Below are positions 10,518 to 20,978 of a stretch of DNA of 57,585 nt, piece after piece. This DNA is from Escherichia phage vB_EcoS_SP8. The position numbers were made by a program, and so were the translations under genes. Every line of letters starts with the position of its first letter. Position 1 is the stretch's first letter. The stretch is taken from the sequence record MT682705.1; one strand, 5' to 3'. The notes below the pieces were generated by a model. It was not told the origin of the DNA. It searched no databases and was given only the letters and a program-made list of their open reading frames with translations.

Positions 10518-10985
10518 TTATATCCTCTGTTTAGGCTCACGTGCGAGCCAGTAGATTGTTACATATTGAGCATCCCAAACACCTTCAACACCACCGCGAG
10601 TGAAGTCTGCAATTGACGTCTGCCCGCCCTGGGAAAACGTCTTTCTTGTCAGTCTTAACATGCAGCCGTCCGGTGCCTGGAGCTGTCTTGGTACACTAAA
10701 GATTTTACTCACATGCCCAAGAACAGCGTTAGATTCTTCAATACCGATATTCAACTGTGAATATACACCAATCTGTAAAAACCCACGCATTTCATTATCG
10801 CCATAAGGGCCTAACGTTACAGGGTCTTCACTGGATGGGGTATTGATAATCTTTAACCACACTTTAAAGCCGCTGGCATCAAATGTCAAGTTCTTCCACG
10901 CCATAGCGTGTGACATTTCAGCATAGTTATTCACTAAGTGTGATTTCAGGGTATCTTCGACCCAATGAAACGGATACGGGATCAT
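10518..10985 (-). CDS. hypothetical head-tail joining / tail completion protein
   Basis: ORF in the connector region between capsid and tail genes; translationally coupled overlaps. Confidence 0.35.
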   Translation of the reverse strand: MIPYPFHWVEDTLKSHLVNNYAEMSHAMAWKNLTFDASGFKVWLKIINTPSSEDPVTLGPYGDNEMRGFLQIGVYSQLNIGIEESNAVLGHVSKIFSVPRQLQAPDGCMLRLTRKTFSQGGQTSIADFTRGGVEGVWDAQYVTIYWLAREPKQRI

Positions 10986-11401
10986 TTATCAAAGCTCCCA
11001 AGTTTAAATCCACTGAATGCTTCTCCACCTCTTGCGATGTTCTTACGCAACATCCCGTTAGGCGCCTGCTTACTGTAACCTTCATATTCAATCTTCTGAG
11101 CATAAGGCTTACCGTTACCAAAATAAATATCCCAATCTTGATGGATTGGGAGATATCTTATTTTAGTAAACAATCTTTGTTTCGTAGCAGCTCCGGACGG
11201 GTCTTCCGGCAGATTGTCCTGAATAAGGTCTGGTGATTTTTGTATCTGCCAACTTCCGCGTAATCCACCGTCCTTAACAGGAGTGTCATCAACAACAGCA
11301 CTAACGAAGCCATAAAGTCTTTGTTTTACCTCACCTGCGGCTTTTTGCATGGCTCTTAATTGAGCACTGGTAAACTGATCACGGAAGCTCTTCTTAGCCA
11401 T
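10982..11401 (-). CDS. hypothetical head-tail joining protein
   Basis: ORF in connector region; ATG overlaps upstream stop. Confidence 0.35.
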   Translation of the reverse strand: MAKKSFRDQFTSAQLRAMQKAAGEVKQRLYGFVSAVVDDTPVKDGGLRGSWQIQKSPDLIQDNLPEDPSGAATKQRLFTKIRYLPIHQDWDIYFGNGKPYAQKIEYEGYSKQAPNGMLRKNIARGGEAFSGFKLGSFDK

Positions 11402-11775
11402 TAGGAACCAACTTTAACGTAACTAATGATTGTAGTTCCACCCGCACCGATAGGCTCAACAGCATTAACGACGAACGAGCGCCCTTTGTGGTCAATAAAT
11501 TTAAAACTAATGCAATCTTCCAGACTAATACCGTCCGGTTCGTAAGTGATAAAGACCTTTTCACCTTGAAGAACTATACTACCGTTTACGTTAGTCTTTG
11601 ACTGCTCGTCATAGAACAAACGCAGTGGTATTTCTTGTTCTTTAAAAGTCGGAGCCCAAGGCTTTGATTCACTTCCATCTTCTTTTACTTTAACAATGAG
11701 TGTTCCATCAAAACCAATTTCTTGGTCGTTCAACATCTCATGTGCCATTGCAATAAATTCTGAAGCAATTGTCAT
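11401..11775 (-). CDS. hypothetical head-tail joining protein
   Basis: ORF in connector region; overlapping start/stop with neighbours. Confidence 0.35.
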   Translation of the reverse strand: MTIASEFIAMAHEMLNDQEIGFDGTLIVKVKEDGSESKPWAPTFKEQEIPLRLFYDEQSKTNVNGSIVLQGEKVFITYEPDGISLEDCISFKFIDHKGRSFVVNAVEPIGAGGTTIISYVKVGS

Positions 11776-12275
11776 CGCATTACTCCTTGTGAGCTAGAGC
11801 TTCGCAGGTAGTCATTAATCAAAGCCCAGAAACGCTGGTGTGGTGTCGCGCTTTCTAATACAGCACTCTGACCAACTGCATATTCAAGCGTCAGCGGTCC
11901 AAGAACACGCTTTTTCAGTGCATAACTGGTACTGTTACTTAATAACGGCTTACCGCTCTGCACCGTATCCGCGACCAGTTGGGCCTGTGCTCGCTTAATT
12001 GCTACGGGTATGGTGTTACCTGGAATCTCTACACCGTCGCTGTATAAGCCGCTGCGCGGGAACTGTAGTTCCTGATCTTGGTTGGTGCGCTTGCCCTTAT
12101 AACGGTTAAGACTTTCCATAAAATCCATCGCGTTGATAAGCATAGGTTTCAACTTATCTTCCGACGGGACAGTAACTCCACGGTCTTCCAAATATTGCGT
12201 AGCATATTCGACATCAATATAGCTATTTGCGTTAGGCACACAAGACCCATCTTCAACAATGATAGTTATAGTCAT
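11772..12275 (-). CDS. hypothetical head-tail adaptor protein
   Basis: ORF in connector region; track start is GTG, ATG two codons downstream preceded by GAGGTG. Confidence 0.35.
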   Translation of the reverse strand: MTITIIVEDGSCVPNANSYIDVEYATQYLEDRGVTVPSEDKLKPMLINAMDFMESLNRYKGKRTNQDQELQFPRSGLYSDGVEIPGNTIPVAIKRAQAQLVADTVQSGKPLLSNSTSYALKKRVLGPLTLEYAVGQSAVLESATPHQRFWALINDYLRSSSSQGVMR

Positions 12276-12282
12276 ATGCACC

Positions 12283-12612
12283 TCAAGCGATATCTATTGT
12301 AGCATTAAGAATTTGACCGTCTGCACTTATAATTTTAATGTCATACCTTGCAGCAGACGATTCGTTAATTGTGAAGGTCTGCAAATCAGACTGATTCTGT
12401 GAGACCAATTCTTTATCTTTAAAGACCTGTACAACGTAAGGTGTTTGTCCATTCTGCCACGTTGTAACGTAATCGGTATCTACCACACCTGTCGACGGGG
12501 GCGGCGTCACCCACCCCAGGACACCGCTTACAGGGTTCAACGTGGCATCTCGACGACGTCTGTTACGTTGTATCATATGAAACAAGAACTTTTTGTCTGT
12601 TCGAAATGCCAT
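12283..12612 (-). CDS. hypothetical protein
   Basis: 109-aa ORF in structural block. Confidence 0.3.
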   Translation of the reverse strand: MAFRTDKKFLFHMIQRNRRRRDATLNPVSGVLGWVTPPPSTGVVDTDYVTTWQNGQTPYVVQVFKDKELVSQNQSDLQTFTINESSAARYDIKIISADGQILNATIDIA

Positions 12613-12620
12613 ATGTCACC

Positions 12621-13292
12621 TTAGCGAGTGCGAATACCGTTACGAACAACCATACGAGGCTGATTGACCACATGTGGGACTTGTACCATCTGCTCGCGGA
12701 AAGATGCTAACGTGTGAGCCAGCTCGGTCTTAGGCTTGCGACGTTCAATTTCAGTGTTGACTTTTGCGTACAGTTTAGCACGAGATTCAACAAGTTCGTG
12801 CATTGCAGATAACATCTGGTTGTCTGCATTGACTTGTTCCGAAAGAACTTTTTCATATTCTTTAAGCTCTTCCACAGAAACAGTGTCAAAGTCAATATCT
12901 GGAATATCTTTGAGCATTGCTTTAACTGCATCGCTCACGTTGACTTCTAAAGCTACTCGCGTAGTGACAATCGATTTACCGTTAACAGTTTCCTTATCTG
13001 CTTCAGCCTTAGATAAGGACTCATATTGTGCATTGTCGGTATCTGCAACAATTTCCGTCTGTTCGGTTTCCTGCAATGAGGAAGTGTCATGCTTTTCTTC
13101 ATGTTCGACGTCCTCAATTACAGGATTTGAACGAGTGAACCCAGGCGCAACAGAATTGACATCTTCTCGCGTGACGGACGGGCCAACTGTAAACTTTAAT
13201 GCTTCAATTTTAGGCAGGCCATCGGCAGTCCAATGATTGTCATTCTCAACGTTGAGTTTACGAAGCCCTTCAATGATCTTGTCTTTCATCAT
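12621..13292 (-). CDS. hypothetical acidic structural-module protein
   Basis: 223-aa Glu/Asp-rich ORF; RBS GAGGAA before ATGATG. Confidence 0.35.
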   Translation of the reverse strand: MMKDKIIEGLRKLNVENDNHWTADGLPKIEALKFTVGPSVTREDVNSVAPGFTRSNPVIEDVEHEEKHDTSSLQETEQTEIVADTDNAQYESLSKAEADKETVNGKSIVTTRVALEVNVSDAVKAMLKDIPDIDFDTVSVEELKEYEKVLSEQVNADNQMLSAMHELVESRAKLYAKVNTEIERRKPKTELAHTLASFREQMVQVPHVVNQPRMVVRNGIRTR

Positions 13293-13304
13293 TCATTCCT
13301 CAAA

Positions 13305-13335
13305 ATAAAAGGTGTTACAAGCGAAGTGTAACACC
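13305..13335 (-). terminator. intrinsic terminator after capsid-associated gene
   Basis: 9-bp stem GGTGTTACA / TGTAACACC with 7-nt loop, followed on the minus strand by UUUUAUUUUG. Confidence 0.5.
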
Positions 13336-13361
13336 CTTTAAAACATCTAGCAATTTAACGT

Positions 13362-13796
13362 TTATGCTGCGGGAGCTGTGGACCAGGCTTGTGTTAATGC
13401 AGTTCCCGTAACTTCCGTCCCGTAACTGTCTTCAACTGTACAGTTGACACTGAACGTTTTACTCAGCATACCTTCCGGAGCCGTACCAGAGATTTTTGCT
13501 TTGTTGACGCCCGTATTTTGAAGGGACAACGCATCACCAGTTCCAGTAGCAATCTGGAACTTATAAACATAAGAACCATCATCCTCTGGATCTACTTCTT
13601 TAGCACGAATATAGAAAGTCAGTGGTGTACTTACTTTCATAAGACCTTCAGGGATTGTATCTTGCCAACCACTTTCACCGTCAGCTGAATACTGAACTTT
13701 ACCTACAGTCTTAATCTTCGCTTTAGGTGTTGCATCTGAACCGTGACGTTCATGACGTACATAACGACGATGTCTTGAATGACGTTGATAACGCAT
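13362..13796 (-). CDS. hypothetical capsid-associated protein with Ig-like C-terminal region (possible decoration protein)
   Basis: ORF immediately downstream of the major capsid gene; strong RBS AGGAGGAAA before the ATG of MRYQRH...; His/Arg-rich N-terminus. Confidence 0.4.
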   Translation of the reverse strand: MRYQRHSRHRRYVRHERHGSDATPKAKIKTVGKVQYSADGESGWQDTIPEGLMKVSTPLTFYIRAKEVDPEDDGSYVYKFQIATGTGDALSLQNTGVNKAKISGTAPEGMLSKTFSVNCTVEDSYGTEVTGTALTQAWSTAPAA

Positions 13797-13853
13797 GTTT
13801 CCTCCTAACAAAAAAGGGACCATATAGGCCCCTTTAATTACATGGCTAAAGCA

Positions 13854-14957
13854 TTAAGCGTGTTCGCGAGTGATCAGGCGAGCAATCTTAATCTGTTTAC
13901 GCTCAGGGAATACACGAGCCCAGTTGGTAGCAGTTTTCAGAGCGGCGTTATCCGGACCACCTTCAGCAGCAGTACCAACCCATGCGTGACCGACAGGGTG
14001 AATGATGTTTTCCCAGCGGTGGAACAGGATTTCAGAACCGCCACCTTTGTAGGATGCAGGTTTACGTTCAGTTTCAACAGGAACTTTCGGTGAACCAACA
14101 CCTAACTGGAATGCACCACGGCCGACCAGCCAAGTTTCGTACTTACCGCCGTCGTGAGGCATCATATCGTCAACGATAACTTCACGGCCCATGTAGGTCG
14201 GGATCATTACTTCAGCACGAGCATCCGGGATGAAGTCGATCAGGTTCATCAGCTGCATACGCTGGTAGACCACACTGTGTACCATCATCATGGTCAGGTC
14301 GTTCAGGGAGTCACCCATAGTACCAGCAGCCAGGATAACACCAGCCGGGTTGAAGTTAGTGACACCATCAACGAAAGATGAACCAGAAATGTCGTGGGTC
14401 ATATCGTTCTGAACGTGAGTAGACTTCTTATCACCGGAACCAGTCGGAGCAGCGGCGTTCATAGCAAACACACCACCGACAGTTGCAACGAATGCACGTT
14501 GCAGACGGCTCTGACGGTAGCTTGCCACTAAGTTAATGATAGCGTCCAGCGGGTCAGTGGAGATCAGGCTGTCCAGCAGGTCTGCAGAACCCCATGAATG
14601 GTTACGGGACAGACGGATCTGGATTTCACGCCCAGATTTGATACCACCAGGAGTAGAATCGGTTGAATCGCTTGCGCTTGAAACGTTTTCTTCGTCACGA
14701 TCCAGGTCTTTGAAGAAACGCTGGTTAAAGGTAGTACCTTCACCCATCAATGCAGCGTTAAGACGCTCAGAAATCTCAATAGCACCAGACTGGATCAGTC
14801 GGGACTTTTCAGTTGTGCGGTTCTGCACATACGGTACGAAGATCTCTGGAACGATAACATCTGCAAGTTGAGTGATTGCACCACGACGAACAGCAGACAG
14901 AAGAATTGAATCGGTAGCTCGCAAATTAAGCATCGGAGCTGACAGAATTTTAGACAT
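13854..14957 (-). CDS. major capsid protein
   Basis: 368-aa ORF between scaffold and decoration-like genes; start at ATG (MSKILSAP) preceded by GGAGA; track ORF extends further upstream without an ATG. Confidence 0.55.
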   Translation of the reverse strand: MSKILSAPMLNLRATDSILLSAVRRGAITQLADVIVPEIFVPYVQNRTTEKSRLIQSGAIEISERLNAALMGEGTTFNQRFFKDLDRDEENVSSASDSTDSTPGGIKSGREIQIRLSRNHSWGSADLLDSLISTDPLDAIINLVASYRQSRLQRAFVATVGGVFAMNAAAPTGSGDKKSTHVQNDMTHDISGSSFVDGVTNFNPAGVILAAGTMGDSLNDLTMMMVHSVVYQRMQLMNLIDFIPDARAEVMIPTYMGREVIVDDMMPHDGGKYETWLVGRGAFQLGVGSPKVPVETERKPASYKGGGSEILFHRWENIIHPVGHAWVGTAAEGGPDNAALKTATNWARVFPERKQIKIARLITREHA

Positions 14958-15095
14958 GGTAGTCTCCGCAAAGTTAATCGATTTACTTTGGAACTCTACC
15001 GCCGTGGGAGGCTCCAATAATCCTTGATTGATCGGAGCCCGTGCTCCGGTTGATGTAAAACTAGCACCAACCGGAGGGAGTGTCAACAAATTTTA

Positions 15096-15986
15096 TTATT
15101 TTTTAACTGGACGTACTGGACGCTTCAAGTCCACGCCAACCATGGCTGCCAGACGGCCTGCTTTTTCAGGATTTTCACGAAGAATTTTACCCTGTTCAGT
15201 AAGGTTCCAACCGTCAGCACTCCACGGGTTCTTACCAGCCGCGCCAGGAGTACGGGAGCCACCAGCACCACCGCCGACGTTTCCAGGGAACCAGTGAGGT
15301 TTCTTATCCTGGATGTCCTGTAACCACATTTCTGGAGTAATGCCAGGAGTTACGCCCACACCGTCGCGTGTTACAACCTGACCGTCTTCGGTGAGCTCAA
15401 ACAAACGAGAACCAATCAGTTCCACGTCGTCAATAGCTTCCGTGATCACTTTAGCAGACATTGCAGCCTTGCTCAGAGCGGTCTTAACGATGCGGTTCTT
15501 CTCTTTTGTGGTCAACTCTTCTACTTGCTTCTCATATGTAGAAAGTTTGTTTTTCAGCTCGTCACGTTCACGCTCAAGCGGAGTTAACTTGTTACGGATT
15601 CGCACGTTAATGATCTGCTCCAACTTTTCATCATCAACTTTATCCGCACGCAGTTTAAGCTCTTCGTATTCAGCGTCGCGCTGCAAGAGTTCGTCAATAT
15701 CACGTCCGTTCAGCTTACTTAGCTTACTCTTGACCGCTTTATGATCGTTGCGTTCTTTTTCAAGTGCAGATTGCAACCTGTCAATATTCTGTTTGCCACC
15801 ACCCTTTACACCAGTGAGGATCCACTTATCACCTTCTTGGGAATAATACTCACGCGCGTTTTCCGGGATTTCATCCTCAGAAGTATATTCAAGTTCCAAT
15901 GCACCAAAACGAGGCATGGACTGGAAGAAGCCAGCGGAATAAGCTACCGCTAGATGAATGTGATATTTGTTCATAAAATTCTCCAT
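15096..15986 (-). CDS. putative capsid scaffolding protein
   Basis: charged coiled-coil-like central region (ELKNKLSTYEKQVEELTTKEK) and Gly-rich C-terminus; sits between portal and major capsid; start ambiguous between two ATGs. Confidence 0.4.
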   Translation of the reverse strand: MENFMNKYHIHLAVAYSAGFFQSMPRFGALELEYTSEDEIPENAREYYSQEGDKWILTGVKGGGKQNIDRLQSALEKERNDHKAVKSKLSKLNGRDIDELLQRDAEYEELKLRADKVDDEKLEQIINVRIRNKLTPLERERDELKNKLSTYEKQVEELTTKEKNRIVKTALSKAAMSAKVITEAIDDVELIGSRLFELTEDGQVVTRDGVGVTPGITPEMWLQDIQDKKPHWFPGNVGGGAGGSRTPGAAGKNPWSADGWNLTEQGKILRENPEKAGRLAAMVGVDLKRPVRPVKK

Positions 15987-16105
15987 TGTGGACCGTTCCA
16001 CTAAAAAGCGCGATAGACCGTTCTACCGCGCTATAAAGACTAATACATCATTAAGAATGAAGCAACTATTTTTTACTCTTGTCTTTTGCTTTACGTTGCA
16101 CGCCT

Positions 16106-17632
16106 TTACTTAGCGGCATTTTCATTCCCCGTCTGTTCTCCAGTTGTTTGCTGGATATGGTTCTGATCGTTTTTAACTTGAGGTAAAAGGAACGGGTATT
16201 CTTTGCGCTCTTCCTCAAGCCGTTTCATCTCCTCTTCAAACGTCAAAGAGGTCATTCCCTTATCCTGCAACCAGTTGTGCATAGACTCAGCACATAACGG
16301 AGCACCAAGATTCTTGGCAGTCTGCACCTGCACCAATTCCTGGCCTTCAATATTAGCTTTGCTGAAGTCAAGGTTAGGTGTAACTTTAACTTCGTCTGGA
16401 TTTAATCCCATCCATATAGCACAAATACGAAGGATTTTTTCTAACGCAGCAGCGCCAGTCTTAGCAATACCAACTAATGAAGCAGTTTTAGTGATAAGAC
16501 GTGTTTCCAGTGCGTCACCAGACTCTTGAGCAGCACTTTCTGCACTGGTTAAATGCCCAGAACGAGTCTGAGCGTCTTTATGGTCAGCTTCAAGTGCTTT
16601 ACGTTGCTCCGGTAAACCTTGTGAATTAGTACCAATGTATTTGGCATCACCGTCCGGAGATACATCAATACGAGCACCAGCACCGACACGAACAGGAGCT
16701 TTATCATCAACTGCGTCACTGTTCGTAATACCACCACGAACAACCAGCGTATCCTGGCTCTGCATAAACAAAGCCTGTCGATAATCAGCTTCACCCTGAT
16801 AAATGGAAATACATCTGTTTGCTAATGCGAGTAGCGGTGGTTTATCTGGTTCTGGGACTAAGTCCATAGCGTTACAAAATACGAAAGGTATCTGCTCAAG
16901 CGGAGTACCTTTATACTGAGGGACTACAACGTCAGAGCTCACCTCTTCTGGTTCGTCATCTTCACCAGGAAGCACTTCTGTCATGTACTGCCCATACACG
17001 TAACCGCTATCTGATGTTTCATCTACGCTGGCGCTTCCAAGAACAAGAACTCGATATTGAACTTTATAAGTCCAATCAAATGAAGTCTTGTCCATTACTT
17101 CTTTGGACTCATCCAGAACAACTAGGTTAAGGTTAAGTGAACCAAGATCATCCTCACCGTCGTCCCAGTTTCGTATACTTAACGCTTCGTATACCGCGAT
17201 GTACGGCAGCGTGTCACGGGTACTTCCCGCTGGCAGCTCCAACAGAAGGCCAAGACGACCATCGCGTAGCTGTAGCTCGTTTATGCGGCGTAGCAACTGG
17301 TCTAAACTTTCGCGCTTGCTGGTAGCAGCTTGACGAAGTGGTTCCATTGCTGAAGGCAACTGGATAATAGCTGCCTTACTATGCAACATACCACCGTGGT
17401 TGATTACTGCATCCGCCACATATTCCGGGAACACTGCACGGTCTTTATAATCATTATAACGAGTATAGCCATCTTCGCCTGGTTTCATACCGTCATAACG
17501 CATAGCAGGTGTCGGTGGAAGATACAAAGTACCTTGAGCCTTGATGTGGTCAGCTCCAAGGAAACAGTCCCGCATCTTCAACCATAATGCACTAAACTGT
17601 AAATATTTAGGATGAACCGAAGAAATGGCCAT
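16106..17632 (-). CDS. portal protein
   Basis: 508-aa ORF directly downstream of large terminase; conserved gene order. Confidence 0.6.
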   Translation of the reverse strand: MAISSVHPKYLQFSALWLKMRDCFLGADHIKAQGTLYLPPTPAMRYDGMKPGEDGYTRYNDYKDRAVFPEYVADAVINHGGMLHSKAAIIQLPSAMEPLRQAATSKRESLDQLLRRINELQLRDGRLGLLLELPAGSTRDTLPYIAVYEALSIRNWDDGEDDLGSLNLNLVVLDESKEVMDKTSFDWTYKVQYRVLVLGSASVDETSDSGYVYGQYMTEVLPGEDDEPEEVSSDVVVPQYKGTPLEQIPFVFCNAMDLVPEPDKPPLLALANRCISIYQGEADYRQALFMQSQDTLVVRGGITNSDAVDDKAPVRVGAGARIDVSPDGDAKYIGTNSQGLPEQRKALEADHKDAQTRSGHLTSAESAAQESGDALETRLITKTASLVGIAKTGAAALEKILRICAIWMGLNPDEVKVTPNLDFSKANIEGQELVQVQTAKNLGAPLCAESMHNWLQDKGMTSLTFEEEMKRLEEERKEYPFLLPQVKNDQNHIQQTTGEQTGNENAAK

Positions 17633-17644
17633 CTGTTGAACTCC

Positions 17645-19243
17645 TTATGTCCCCACAGTCTTACCGATACTACCGCCACGCGCTTCGTTGGCTACGCGAT
17701 AACGAGCTTCGTCAGCAATGTGGTCTTCAGAATCAGTATCGACATCATCAAGATCATCTTCGTCTCTGGCAAGAGTTGGAACAAGATCTATAAAGTGATG
17801 ACAGTTGTCAAAAATAAACATAGAAGGTCTTTCACGTAAAGCGGCAACCTTAGGATCCGGAATTGAAGCAGCTAAGTATTCCCGCATTCGTTTCCAACCT
17901 GCTTTACGAGATCCAGGGGATTTATCACTTCGAATCCACTGTACACCAGGATAAGACCGACCATTGATAGTTATTGGTTTAGACATTGTTGCTGCGGTAC
18001 TGTTACCATCCTTAACGTCCCAAATGCTGTTATCAGCAGGGCCTGGAACTACACGACCGTATAAACCAGCTTCAATTTCCCTGACGATGATACCACGAGC
18101 AATTTCAGAATCCAATAATCTTAAACCTTCGTTCGGTTTCCCGTTAGTACCATACCACTCCATGATCCTAAATAAGTCACCTCGTACTGTTCGTACACGA
18201 CGCCCGTTTGGATACACGATATCGCTACCATCACTTCTTGCCCACCAACCAACAGAAAACGGTTTACTTGAGCCCCAGTCAAATGATCTATCAATTCTCC
18301 AGGAGTGAGGTATTGGGAATGGTTTGACCACATGTATATTCTGGCGCCACAGGTCATCGAACATACCACCGGACGTAATATCCCAGCTACCACCGAGCCA
18401 CGCCATGCGGAGGTTAGGATCGTCAATGTTTACAAGCTGTGCAACATACTCAGGTGTTAAGTTGCGGTTCTCTCTGTATGAACCAAATATATGACAGCGA
18501 GTGCGAACTACGTCTTCCCGTTTCTGTGTACGCGGGTTGAATACGTTCGTTACTTCCTTCTTCATTGACCCAAGCGGGCAAGAGTTAATAAAATACTTCT
18601 TGACCCAGTTATGCCCAACTCCAAATGGGTTAGTCGTAGAAAAGATTTGCAACGGTAAAGGTGGCAGTATGAACTGCATTGCGTATTCGTGGTCCGGTTG
18701 AACAAGCACAAGACGCCCAGTTCTCCGATACACATCACCGTCAATAATTATCGGGTTTTCTTCTGCAACAAAGGATGTACGGTTACAGGACTTCATTGCT
18801 TCATAAAGCCCACTGTCAGGATATTTAGTTAATTCGTTCCATCCAATAAATGGAAATTCCTGACCGTGGTACAGCCAGTAATCCTTAGGCTTTTTAGCAA
18901 CACGGAACATTAGTTCTTCGCCGCTAGGCCATACCCATTTATAATCTGACTTGGAAGATAAGAACTTACAACCGTCATTAAATTCAGGAAACCAACGCTG
19001 TGACTTTGCAACTAAGTCATCTAAGTTTTTGTATTCTCGGTCAAAAATGATACCGCGCCAATGTTTACCGTACCCCATACCAACATAACGACGAAAACGC
19101 ATCAACTGAGCATCGGTCTTTCCAGGGCCACGAGTACCATGATATAAAATCTCATCTGCTGGACAACTCAGTGCCAGTACCTGAGATCCTGGATGTGGTT
19201 TCCATACTACCTTAGTGGACGGTGTTTGAATCATTGAGTCCAT
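17645..19243 (-). CDS. terL: terminase large subunit
   Basis: 532-aa ORF with N-terminal P-loop-like segment (LYHGTRGPGKTDA) and position upstream of portal. Confidence 0.75.
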   Translation of the reverse strand: MDSMIQTPSTKVVWKPHPGSQVLALSCPADEILYHGTRGPGKTDAQLMRFRRYVGMGYGKHWRGIIFDREYKNLDDLVAKSQRWFPEFNDGCKFLSSKSDYKWVWPSGEELMFRVAKKPKDYWLYHGQEFPFIGWNELTKYPDSGLYEAMKSCNRTSFVAEENPIIIDGDVYRRTGRLVLVQPDHEYAMQFILPPLPLQIFSTTNPFGVGHNWVKKYFINSCPLGSMKKEVTNVFNPRTQKREDVVRTRCHIFGSYRENRNLTPEYVAQLVNIDDPNLRMAWLGGSWDITSGGMFDDLWRQNIHVVKPFPIPHSWRIDRSFDWGSSKPFSVGWWARSDGSDIVYPNGRRVRTVRGDLFRIMEWYGTNGKPNEGLRLLDSEIARGIIVREIEAGLYGRVVPGPADNSIWDVKDGNSTAATMSKPITINGRSYPGVQWIRSDKSPGSRKAGWKRMREYLAASIPDPKVAALRERPSMFIFDNCHHFIDLVPTLARDEDDLDDVDTDSEDHIADEARYRVANEARGGSIGKTVGT

Positions 19244-19763
19244 TTAAAGTATCCTCTTGCAGCTTAGTCTGAGACTCCCCAGCAACTTTTTCCCAATCAT
19301 CCATAGAACCAACCATAGGAACCAGCATAACACCAGTAGATACACCAACATCCATCTTCTGTTGCTTAGGAGCTTCAAATCCAAAGATGCTACATAATTG
19401 TTTATATGCAGCAACACGAGCAGCTTGAGAAGATCCAGGTCCACGATAAGTGGATTCAAATCTAAGACCTTCAATAATGCGCTGGCGCTCTTGTTCTATT
19501 TCATATTTGCGGTCACGTTCAGCACTTCTTGCTTTCTGCTGTTGAAGTTCTTTAATTCGCCTTTGGCAATAGCTATCATCCTGAAAACGTTTAGCATAAT
19601 CAAACGCCATTGCGGAGCTCATGCCTACACGTTTACACGCATTAACCCAATCATAATCGAACAGATATTCTTCAACGACAGAGTCACGTATAGCCATCTC
19701 GTCTTTAGTGAGATCAGCTTCGTATTCAATGCTACGTGTCCAAGGTAGAATAGGCTTTACCAT
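19212..19763 (-). CDS. putative terminase small subunit
   Basis: ORF immediately upstream of and overlapping terL; start at ATG (MVKPILPW) preceded by GGGAG. Confidence 0.4.
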   Translation of the reverse strand: MVKPILPWTRSIEYEADLTKDEMAIRDSVVEEYLFDYDWVNACKRVGMSSAMAFDYAKRFQDDSYCQRRIKELQQQKARSAERDRKYEIEQERQRIIEGLRFESTYRGPGSSQAARVAAYKQLCSIFGFEAPKQQKMDVGVSTGVMLVPMVGSMDDWEKVAGESQTKLQEDTLNGLNDSNTVH

Positions 19764-19892
19764 AACGTTACTCCCGTCGATTCTTGACACGAATATAAGC
19801 GGTGGATTAATTAATTGCAAGGGTTATAACAAATGTCAATAAAAAGCCCGCTCGATATAAATTCAAGGAGCGGGCTTTACTTATAAACCAAT

Positions 19893-20135
19893 CTACATTT
19901 CCGCTTTAGGAATGTACGTTATCTCCCGGATGTCTTGTTTGATTTGTTCAACCTTATTGACCACATAAACAGGTGGTGTTGAAGGTTGCAGGTTTGCCCT
20001 GTGTTTCTTGTGCATCTGATCAATTGCGATAGCACTGACTCCAATTTGTGCAAGTCCAATCATCATATAGATGAAAAGCAATCGCGGTTTCTTACACAAT
20101 ATAAGAAGATCATTGATGAAGTGACGCATAATCAA
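19893..20135 (-). CDS. small membrane protein, lysis-associated (possible antiholin or spanin-like)
   Basis: 80-aa ORF with one hydrophobic segment (LLFIYMMIGLAQIGVSAIAI) adjacent to holin-like gene. Confidence 0.3.
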   Translation of the reverse strand: MIMRHFINDLLILCKKPRLLFIYMMIGLAQIGVSAIAIDQMHKKHRANLQPSTPPVYVVNKVEQIKQDIREITYIPKAEM

Positions 20136-20440
20136 CCTCTTTCCTTTTCTCGGTCACATGCTTCTGTCTTTCTCCGTAGAAACTTTAGCATGGTTCTTGA
20201 ACCGGACCAAGATAACACGCCTATGAACGCCCCACTGAGCCCAAGTGAGACACCATGTTCCACGTTAATTACACCTATCAAGAAACCAAAGAATGCAGAA
20301 AAAGCACCCTCTTGAATGAAGACACTAAGTCTGAACCTTTCTTTAGCATCATGGGTTCTTGCAGCGTAGCCAAGGGAACCCCCTACCATCGCAATGGCAG
20401 TGAGAATAAAAACTATATTCCAATCCCAGTTCGGCGACAC
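20132..20440 (-). CDS. putative holin
   Basis: 102-aa ORF with three hydrophobic segments and a charged C-terminal tail (KFLRRKTEACDREKERG); adjacent to endolysin-like gene. Confidence 0.45.
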   Translation of the reverse strand: MSPNWDWNIVFILTAIAMVGGSLGYAARTHDAKERFRLSVFIQEGAFSAFFGFLIGVINVEHGVSLGLSGAFIGVLSWSGSRTMLKFLRRKTEACDREKERG

Positions 20441-20453
20441 TTATAACCTCTTA

Positions 20454-20888
20454 CTATGCCATGTGAATACCCGCGAGCAAAACTTCATCAGAATAAGGTT
20501 GCACACCGTTCTCATGTTTGATAATCGCTTTCACGATCGCAAGCATGATTTTATCATCGGTCACTGAAATCGGCTGTTCTGCACCAACACCACAAGCCTT
20601 AGACACAGATTGAATATAGGCTTCAGTGTTATTTTCATTCGGCGGAGCCCAGCGCGAAATAATTTCCCGTACAGTGTCAATCCCTTTATTTCCGACACGC
20701 TTCATCCCTTCGCGGTTGCGGTAGTTTAGTAAAATACGCGCAATGGCGCGAATACCGTATTTTACATCGATAAATTGACAAAAAGAACGATCGGTCCGTT
20801 TGTCTTCAGGAACAAGACCTTTCCAATTATCACCCCAACGAATATTTCCCGGATTGTTATTCCGGATACCTCGTGGTTGCACAGTCAT
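20454..20888 (-). CDS. putative endolysin (peptidoglycan hydrolase)
   Basis: about 144-aa ORF between spanin and holin genes; start at second ATG (MTVQPRG) preceded by GGAG; family not identifiable by eye. Confidence 0.4.
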   Translation of the reverse strand: MTVQPRGIRNNNPGNIRWGDNWKGLVPEDKRTDRSFCQFIDVKYGIRAIARILLNYRNREGMKRVGNKGIDTVREIISRWAPPNENNTEAYIQSVSKACGVGAEQPISVTDDKIMLAIVKAIIKHENGVQPYSDEVLLAGIHMA

Positions 20889-20978
20889 AAAAAGCTCCAT
20901 TCAGTTAAACCGAATAGAGTATAGTTGAATTATCACATGCACACAATCAATTATGTGCAATTAAGATTGAATGTTTAG

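Noticed and set aside
13958-15089. Upstream extension of the major capsid ORF to 15089
   Set aside because: The extended frame begins at a non-ATG codon; an ATG with a GGAGA RBS at 14957 is the more plausible start.
19784-19812. Plus-strand TTGACA with weak -10 near 19.8 kb
   Set aside because: No plausible plus-strand gene downstream; the region is the minus-strand terminase small subunit leader.
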